From Candidatus Sysuiplasma jiujiangense (lineage in GTDB: Archaea; Thermoplasmatota; Thermoplasmata; Sysuiplasmatales; Sysuiplasmataceae), in contig JAHEAD010000009.1 of the NCBI GenBank assembly GCA_019721075.1, positions 29,888 to 93,887 on the forward strand: DNA of 64,000 bases, read 5' to 3'. The notes under the pieces were generated by a model. It was not told the origin of the DNA and did no database searches. It was given only the letters and a program-made list of their open reading frames with translations. Position 1 is the stretch's first letter; every line of letters begins with the position of its first letter. The position numbers and the translations under genes are program-made. Below are positions 58,634-64,000 of the stretch, piece by piece.

Positions 58634-59337
58634 AATGCCGGCACCTCCACAGCCTTTATTGAAGAGACCTCATCCCCGGCAACAAACACGTTTCTCCATA
58701 CCGTGGAGAAACCTTCCTTGAAATAGACCAGATTTGGAGCCGGATTTCTCCACTTTTCGAATTTTGAGACTGTGGCTATTTCCCCCACATGGGAACCGCC
58801 GGTGACGAGTGCCTTTGCCCCGGGCTTAAGCTGCATCACGTCGACAATCTTCTGTTCCGGCAATCCGATCCTCACCGCGTCGCCGGTCTTGACTGATATG
58901 TCGGAAAGGATTGTCCTGCCGTCATGCAGCAGGATCTGCGGCCTGCCTCCGGGGAGCGTCCTCCTTCCCTCCACCCTGCATATCTTCCAGCTGCATTCCT
59001 CGGGCGGTATGCGCACAAGATGCAGTTTCTTCCTCCTGTCTATAATCATCCTGTATCCGCCTTCCTCGCCCTTTACCGTCAGCACATCCATCAGGCCGAC
59101 GGGGTATCTGTAATCCTTTCTGATTCGCCCGTCGACAGAGAATGCCCCCGCGTTGATCAGGGCTCTGGCCTCCCTTGCATTGTTGCACAGCTTCAGCGTG
59201 TCCCTGACAACCATGAGAAGGGGAAGAGAAAATTCCGTCTCATGCGGTCCGGCTGAGGGTTTGACTATCCAGTAGTCGGTTTTCCGCTTAAGCGGCCATC
59301 GCTGCGGCGCCGCCATCCTCTTGATCCTTCCGGACAT
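58630..59337 (-). CDS. rps4e: 30S ribosomal protein S4e (eS4)
   Basis: RIKRMAAPQRWPLKRK N-terminus, KOW-like region. Confidence 0.9.
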   Translation of the reverse strand: MSGRIKRMAAPQRWPLKRKTDYWIVKPSAGPHETEFSLPLLMVVRDTLKLCNNAREARALINAGAFSVDGRIRKDYRYPVGLMDVLTVKGEEGGYRMIIDRRKKLHLVRIPPEECSWKICRVEGRRTLPGGRPQILLHDGRTILSDISVKTGDAVRIGLPEQKIVDVMQLKPGAKALVTGGSHVGEIATVSKFEKWRNPAPNLVYFKEGFSTVWRNVFVAGDEVSSIKAVEVPAL

Positions 59338-59338
59338 T

Positions 59339-59692
59339 TCAGCTCTCCTCCCTTGAAATATTTCTTTTCTGGTCAACCGCCAGAGCGATGATCATCAGGT
59401 TTGAATATGCCAGCGGTCTTGCAGCCTGTTTTCCGTCTGCCTTGGCAATCGTAACGCCGTCAACAAGGATCTTCCGCCTGCGTGTGTCGACCTTTGACAC
59501 CTTGCCTTCAAGCCCGCGTATGTCGCTGTCTCCCTTGACGACGACAACGGTGTCGCCCTTTCTGACCGGCACCCTGCTTATGTTCCGCTGCTTCCTCAGC
59601 TCCTCGCTCAGCGGCAGGACCATCTGCTTCCTCCTTGCCGTAACATGGGCGGTGAATATACGTTTCCTCTGCAATCTCCTGTTCTCCGTCAT
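59339..59692 (-). CDS. rpl24: 50S ribosomal protein L24 (uL24)
   Basis: KOW motif VRKGDTVVVVKGD. Confidence 0.9.
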   Translation of the reverse strand: MTENRRLQRKRIFTAHVTARRKQMVLPLSEELRKQRNISRVPVRKGDTVVVVKGDSDIRGLEGKVSKVDTRRRKILVDGVTIAKADGKQAARPLAYSNLMIIALAVDQKRNISREES

Positions 59693-59699
59693 ATTTGCA

Positions 59700-60098
59700 T
59701 CACACTATCATTGAGGCGACAGCCGCGATTCTCGGCCAGCGTTCCGCAGCTTCTCTCGCGACGGGGCCCTTGATATCTGTTCCCTTGGCCTCGCCTGTTT
59801 CGGTCGTTATGACTGCCGCATTGTCCTCAAACTGGACCATCGTCCCGTCTGATCTCCTGAAAGGACGTCTCTGCCTTACTATCACTGCATACAGAACCTG
59901 TTTCCTTATTTCCGGCGTCCCCTTTTTGACCGTGACAACAACGATGTCACCGATGCCTGCTCTCGGATAACGCCTGATTGTGCCGTGATATCCGGGAACG
60001 GCAATTATCTGTGCCATCTTGGCGCCCGAATTGTCTATGACTGAAAGTATTCCGCCGGTGTTCATTCCCCTCATCTGCTTTCCGGCAAGTCCCTTCAT
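59700..60098 (-). CDS. rpl14: 50S ribosomal protein L14 (uL14)
   Basis: [12 protein letters not shown] motif; start trimmed to abut S17. Confidence 0.9.
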   Translation of the reverse strand: MKGLAGKQMRGMNTGGILSVIDNSGAKMAQIIAVPGYHGTIRRYPRAGIGDIVVVTVKKGTPEIRKQVLYAVIVRQRRPFRRSDGTMVQFEDNAAVITTETGEAKGTDIKGPVAREAAERWPRIAAVASMIV

Positions 60099-60427
60099 GC
60101 TGATCCGCTCCTCTCTATGACGACAAAGCTCACTGTTTTGCTCAGAGGTCTGCACTCCATTATCCTTACTTCATCCCCTTCCCGGATCTGGATGCACCCC
60201 GGGAGATGGGCAGGATACCGCCTTCTCCTCCGCTCATACCGCTCATACTTGTGACTGAACTTCCTGTGCTCATTCTCGACAATGACGGTGCCCTTCATCT
60301 TTGCCGAAACCACCCTGCCGATTATCGACTGGCCCCTCACGGACAGTCTTCCATGATAGGGGCACTTGCTGTCGCTGCATTCTGCAGCCGGCTTCCATTT
60401 TGTTACGCCTATATCCCTTGTTACCAT
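60095..60427 (-). CDS. rps17: 30S ribosomal protein S17 (uS17)
   Basis: OB-fold uS17 pattern ([14 protein letters not shown]). Confidence 0.9.
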   Translation of the reverse strand: MVTRDIGVTKWKPAAECSDSKCPYHGRLSVRGQSIIGRVVSAKMKGTVIVENEHRKFSHKYERYERRRRRYPAHLPGCIQIREGDEVRIMECRPLSKTVSFVVIERSGSA

Positions 60428-60688
60428 TCATCTCAGCCTCTTTATCCTGTCCTCGGGTCTGAACGCTATCTTTGCACCTTCCACCACTGCCCTGCCGTTC
60501 TCCGTCTGAAAGATGAACATGTGCCCCTTCTTGGAAAATTTCCTTTCAGGATTGCCGATATGCACCATGTTCTTTGTTTCCCAGACGACAGTTCCTCTCG
60601 CCATCTCTTTCATGCTGCTGTCGCAGACGACAACACTTTCGCCTATGAATTCGCCCCTGAGAAAACCTCTTTCTTTCAGATTAATCAC
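60428..60688 (-). CDS. rnp1: Ribonuclease P protein component 1 (Rpp29/Pop4)
   Basis: Small Sm-like protein ([12 protein letters not shown]...[13 protein letters not shown]) in the conserved slot between L29/SUI1 and S17. Confidence 0.75.
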   Translation of the reverse strand: MINLKERGFLRGEFIGESVVVCDSSMKEMARGTVVWETKNMVHIGNPERKFSKKGHMFIFQTENGRAVVEGAKIAFRPEDRIKRLR

Positions 60689-60984
60689 CTGACAGTGGCA
60701 TTGAAACCCATTTCATCCAGCGTTTCCTTGACCCTTCTTTTATGATCTCCCTGAAGTTCAATCCTGCCGTCCTTGACAGTTCCGCCGGACGCACATTTCA
60801 TCTTCAGCTTCTTCGCCAGAGCCTCGATATCTATGTCTGAAGTGTTGAATCCTTCAACCACAGTCACGACCTTGCCATAGCGCCGGTTGTCTGTGTAAAC
60901 GACTATAGACTGCTGTTCTCTTGCTATCTGCTCGCACATGCACAGTTCTTCGGGTAAACCACACGTTGGACATATTCCTGCCAT
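60685..60984 (-). CDS. sui1: Translation initiation factor SUI1 (aIF1)
   Basis: VTVVEGFN...[26 protein letters not shown]1 motif. Confidence 0.85.
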   Translation of the reverse strand: MAGICPTCGLPEELCMCEQIAREQQSIVVYTDNRRYGKVVTVVEGFNTSDIDIEALAKKLKMKCASGGTVKDGRIELQGDHKRRVKETLDEMGFNATVR

Positions 60985-61184
60985 TAACTTTCTTCCTCCC
61001 TTTCCACCGTGAGTATGCGCGCTATCTGCTTCCTCAGCGCCCTTATCTTGCCCGGGTCTGCGGGCGCACCACCCATCGCGGAAAGACCTCTCTCTGTCAT
61101 CAGCTCATCCCTGAGCTGCTTCAGCTTCTGAGCCCTTTCTTCCTTCCTCATGGCTCTGACTTCCTTTGCCTTCACAAGACTCAT
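60984..61184 (-). CDS. rpl29: 50S ribosomal protein L29 (uL29)
   Basis: Small helical protein, conserved position. Confidence 0.85.
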   Translation of the reverse strand: MSLVKAKEVRAMRKEERAQKLKQLRDELMTERGLSAMGGAPADPGKIRALRKQIARILTVEREEES

Positions 61185-61903
61185 TTAGGCTCTTCACCCC
61201 CGTTTTCATGCCCGTCTGCGGTCGCAGGCGGTGTCTCCGCCGCAGTTTCGGCCGCAGCCTGCTCTGCAACGGGCGGCTGCTCGGCCGGCACCTCAATTCC
61301 CACCTTTCCAGGCTCGCTGATCGTGATCTCATCGGGCAGTTTTGCATCGGGAGCCATTATCTGCACCTTGACGCCTATGATGCCCAGTTTCAGCTTTGCA
61401 GCGGCAAAACCTTCCCTGATGAACAGGCGTTTCGGCTCGCCGCAGTATTTAATATGCCCCTCCTTGAACTTTTCAGTCCTGTGGCGCTGGCCGGTGAGTT
61501 TTCCCGATATGATGACCTGGCATCCCCTTGCGCCTGAATCCATTATACGTCTTACCGTAGAATGACCGGCTCTCCTGAAATGCCATCCGCGCTCCAGTGC
61601 AAATGCAAGCTTCTTTGCCATAATCTGGGCATTGAGGTTGGGATTCTGGTCTTCCTGGACCTCTATCTGCGGATTGTCGAAATCAAAGAGCTCCTCCATC
61701 TGCCTGGTAAGCGACTTGATCACGCCGCCCTTCCTTCCGATGACCAGTCCCGGACGCTCTGTCACAAGCGTGACACGTGTGCCCAGAGGCGTTCTCTGAA
61801 TGTCTATACCACCGAAGCCCGCCCTGTCAACCTCCTTCATCATGTACTCCTTCAGCAGTACGCGTCTCGTGTTTTCATTGATGAACTTTCTCTCTCCACT
61901 CAT
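61181..61903 (-). CDS. rps3: 30S ribosomal protein S3 (uS3) with an Ala/Glu-rich C-terminal tail
   Basis: KH domain GRKGGVIKSL and uS3 C-terminal domain. Confidence 0.9.
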   Translation of the reverse strand: MSGERKFINENTRRVLLKEYMMKEVDRAGFGGIDIQRTPLGTRVTLVTERPGLVIGRKGGVIKSLTRQMEELFDFDNPQIEVQEDQNPNLNAQIMAKKLAFALERGWHFRRAGHSTVRRIMDSGARGCQVIISGKLTGQRHRTEKFKEGHIKYCGEPKRLFIREGFAAAKLKLGIIGVKVQIMAPDAKLPDEITISEPGKVGIEVPAEQPPVAEQAAAETAAETPPATADGHENGGEEPK

Positions 61904-61912
61904 CTGTCTTCC

Positions 61913-62359
61913 TCATTTGATTTCTTCAAGTATTACCTCTATGATCACGCGCTGCCTCTTCCACTGCCCGCTCCTCCCGAATGCGCGCGGCCTGAAAAAG
62001 TCGAACGGCTGGCCCAGGTGAGAGCTTATTGTGTGTATGCGCATGCTGTCCGAATCGAGTCCCTTGTATTCTGCGTTGTGCTGTGCTTCCTCTATCGCCC
62101 TTTTCACGAATTTAGCAGCCTTCACAGGAAACCTTCCTGGTCCGATGCCCTTCTTGTGGGTCACCTGCTTCTTGAAACGCCTGAAGGGCACCGCCTTCCT
62201 CAATTCGATGATGTCGTCGAGATATCCGAGCGCTGTGTCCACCTTCTTTCCTCTCAGCGAGCGGCAAATTTCGCGCGCATGCTTGGGTGAAATGTCAATG
62301 TCCTTCACAAGCGCTCTGGATGTTGTATCCGGATCTGTCTGCTGTGTATAACCTGACAT
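61913..62359 (-). CDS. rpl22: 50S ribosomal protein L22 (uL22)
   Basis: uL22 pattern and position. Confidence 0.9.
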   Translation of the reverse strand: MSGYTQQTDPDTTSRALVKDIDISPKHAREICRSLRGKKVDTALGYLDDIIELRKAVPFRRFKKQVTHKKGIGPGRFPVKAAKFVKRAIEEAQHNAEYKGLDSDSMRIHTISSHLGQPFDFFRPRAFGRSGQWKRQRVIIEVILEEIK

Positions 62360-62368
62360 TTTCTTACC

Positions 62369-62827
62369 TCATTTGAGCGGCAGGAATTTGGAGCCTCTGG
62401 TCGCACCGACACCCGGTCCCGAATGCTTCGTGAAACGCCTGGTCTGCGCAAATTCTCCAAGTGCATGGCCTATCATTTCGGCCTTGATTTCAACTTCCTT
62501 GAATTCCTTTCCGTTGTAGACTGCAACCTTTTTGCCGACAAAGTCCGGAAGTATGAATATCTCCCTCCGGTGTGTCTTCACTGCCTCGCCGTTCGATGAT
62601 TTCAGCCTGTCCACGAATGACTGCTGTTCCCTGTTGAGACCCCTCTTATAGGAACGCCTTGCCCTGGCAGGAAGGATCGGCAGAATTTCCGCAAGTGTCA
62701 TGCCGAGCATTTCCTCCAGCGAGTGTCCGCGGTAAGTGAATTCCTTCTTTCTTCTGACTGTGACCTTGGACCTCTTCTTCCCTGTCCTCTTCTTGGCCAG
62801 CTTGCTTTCGAGTGTTTCTTCAGCCAT
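62369..62827 (-). CDS. rps19: 30S ribosomal protein S19 (uS19)
   Basis: uS19 motif (HRREIFILPDFVGKKVAVYNGKEF). Confidence 0.9.
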   Translation of the reverse strand: MAEETLESKLAKKRTGKKRSKVTVRRKKEFTYRGHSLEEMLGMTLAEILPILPARARRSYKRGLNREQQSFVDRLKSSNGEAVKTHRREIFILPDFVGKKVAVYNGKEFKEVEIKAEMIGHALGEFAQTRRFTKHSGPGVGATRGSKFLPLK

Positions 62828-62831
62828 TTAA

Positions 62832-63530
62832 TCACTCCTTCTTCTTCCTTTGAGGCGACAGCCTGCCAACCTTCTGCCCGGGCCTTGCGCCGCGCGGAAC
62901 TGTACTCGGTCTGCCGACATGAGGATGTGAACCGCCGCCAAACGGATGGTTGACGGGATTCATTGAAACGCCGCTCACCTTAATGTGTGTCTTTGCCTTG
63001 GAAGAAAGAGCGTGATACTTTTTGCCGGCCTTGGCGTACGGCCTGTCAATCCTGCCGCTGCCCGCGGGAACACCGATTGCGGCATAGCACCTGTTGTTTA
63101 TCCTCTTGAAGCCGCCCGAAGGAAGCTGGACTGTTGTCTCGGTCCCATGGCTGATCACGGTCGCCGACGTACCCGCTGTCTTGACAAGCTTCCCGAGATC
63201 TCCCGGTTTCAGCTCTATGTTATAGATGAGAGTCCCTTCCGGGATGGAGCCTACGGGTATTATATTTCCCCTCTCAATCGGTGCCTCCTGCCCCACCGCA
63301 ATTTCCTGGTCAACAAACGAGCCTTCGGCAGCAATGAGATATTCCTTCTGTCCGCCGAAATCGACAAGCATCAGGGGCGTGCTCCTTCCCGGCGCATGCA
63401 GTATGTCCATGACCTTTCCCTTGCCCTCCCTGATCTGGGGATGCCTTCCGGGCGCGAGATGCCTGAAACTGGGTGACCTGTAGTTCGGAGAACCCTCGCC
63501 TCTTCTCTGCGTTCTTAATCTCTTTCCCAT
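62832..63530 (-). CDS. rpl2: 50S ribosomal protein L2 (uL2)
   Basis: GGGSHPHVGRPSTVPRGA signature. Confidence 0.95.
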   Translation of the reverse strand: MGKRLRTQRRGEGSPNYRSPSFRHLAPGRHPQIREGKGKVMDILHAPGRSTPLMLVDFGGQKEYLIAAEGSFVDQEIAVGQEAPIERGNIIPVGSIPEGTLIYNIELKPGDLGKLVKTAGTSATVISHGTETTVQLPSGGFKRINNRCYAAIGVPAGSGRIDRPYAKAGKKYHALSSKAKTHIKVSGVSMNPVNHPFGGGSHPHVGRPSTVPRGARPGQKVGRLSPQRKKKE

Positions 63531-63540
63531 TTCAACTACC

Positions 63541-63843
63541 TCATATTACGCCAATTCTCACGCCTATGTCCTCCGCGGAGTAGCCTTCCTTCAGCAGTAT
63601 TATCGCATGTTTGCCGTCCGAGCGGATCTTGACATTCACCTTTTCCACCTTAACCTCAAACCTTTTCTCGAACGCCTGCTTTATTTCCTGCTTGGTCGCA
63701 TCTGTCCTGACAACAAACTCCAATCTGTTGCCGTCCCTGAGATTCTGTCTTGATGTCCCGGACATCGCGTTCATTGTCTTTTCTGTCACATACGGATGCA
63801 CGAGAACCGTGTACTCATCAGTGATCTTCCGCTCCTTCGGCAT
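63541..63843 (-). CDS. rpl23: 50S ribosomal protein L23 (uL23)
   Basis: MPKERKITDEYTVLVHPYVTEKTM start overlapping the L4 stop. Confidence 0.85.
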   Translation of the reverse strand: MPKERKITDEYTVLVHPYVTEKTMNAMSGTSRQNLRDGNRLEFVVRTDATKQEIKQAFEKRFEVKVEKVNVKIRSDGKHAIILLKEGYSAEDIGVRIGVI

Positions 63844-63845
63844 GC

Positions 63846-64000
63846 TACTTCCCTCCCAGATTCTGCAGTGCTTTCCTGGAAAATATGACAAGCCTTCCCG
63901 CATCCCCGCCTGGAGCAAGCATCTCTGTACTGAGCTGGCCAGGAGTGATCACATCGACACCTGCAAGATTCCTGGCACTCCTTGCGAGTGCGACATCGGG
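63846..64000 (-). CDS. rpl4: 50S ribosomal protein L4 (uL4), C-terminal fragment (5' end of the gene lies outside the window)
   Basis: Hand translation of the minus strand gives ...PDVALARSARNLAGVDVITPGQLSTEMLAPGGDAGRLVIFSRKALQNLGGK*. Confidence 0.75.

Noticed and set aside
1-64000. CRISPR arrays, rRNA genes, and restriction-modification or other classic defence cassettes
   Set aside because: No regularly spaced direct repeats, no rRNA-like conserved stretches and no recognisable Cas or R-M motifs were encountered. The only ordered repeats are short promoter-region repeats and palindromes.

Overview
This window reads as an archaeal chromosome segment, probably Thermoplasmatota-like euryarchaeon, about 50-55% GC and densely coding. 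Archaeal signature genes include the thermosome, proteasome beta subunit, aCPSF1 (KH + beta-CASP), archaeal-type SAM synthetase, Cbf5, DnaG-type primase, Hjc, RFC large subunit, and ribosomal proteins L19e, L32e and S4e. The 3' third (about 52.1-64.0 kb) is the conserved minus-strand ribosomal cluster, in transcription order L4-L23-L2-S19-L22-S3-L29-SUI1-Rpp29-S17-L14-L24-S4e-L5-S14-S8-L6-L32e-L19e-L18-S5-L30-L15-SecY-DUF106(YidC-like)-Cmk. Core metabolism and information genes include SRP54, TrmY, TYW1, the pheA-leuA-leuC-leuD-leuB block, phosphoglycerate mutase, an ECF transporter (T-AA'-S), geranylgeranyl reductase, AspRS, Trm1, RNase Z and Rpe. Two tRNAs were found by hand-folding: tRNA-Ser(CGA) with a 13-nt intron and long variable arm, and tRNA-Leu(UAG). 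Two regions look accessory. The first (about 7.78-10.64 kb) is an AT-rich, nearly ORF-free stretch with a truncated large serine recombinase and a 13-bp perfect inverted repeat. The second (about 26.8-30.1 kb) is a low-density island immediately 3' of tRNA-Leu. It encodes two ribbon-helix-helix (RHH) proteins and a minimal FtsZ/tubulin-superfamily GTPase that lacks the C-terminal domain, with perfect or extended palindromes in the promoter regions. I read the RHH + FtsZ-like pair as a candidate TubR/ParR-TubZ-like segregation or filament cassette, or an FtsZl1-type membrane-remodelling module, and I consider it the most likely undescribed system in the window. Other second-look items are a possible leucine leader peptide with mutually exclusive hairpins upstream of leuA, an SRP54 gene with no canonical in-frame start codon, and a LonB-like AAA+ ATPase without TM or protease domains but with a Zn-ribbon insert. 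No CRISPR array or rRNA was seen.
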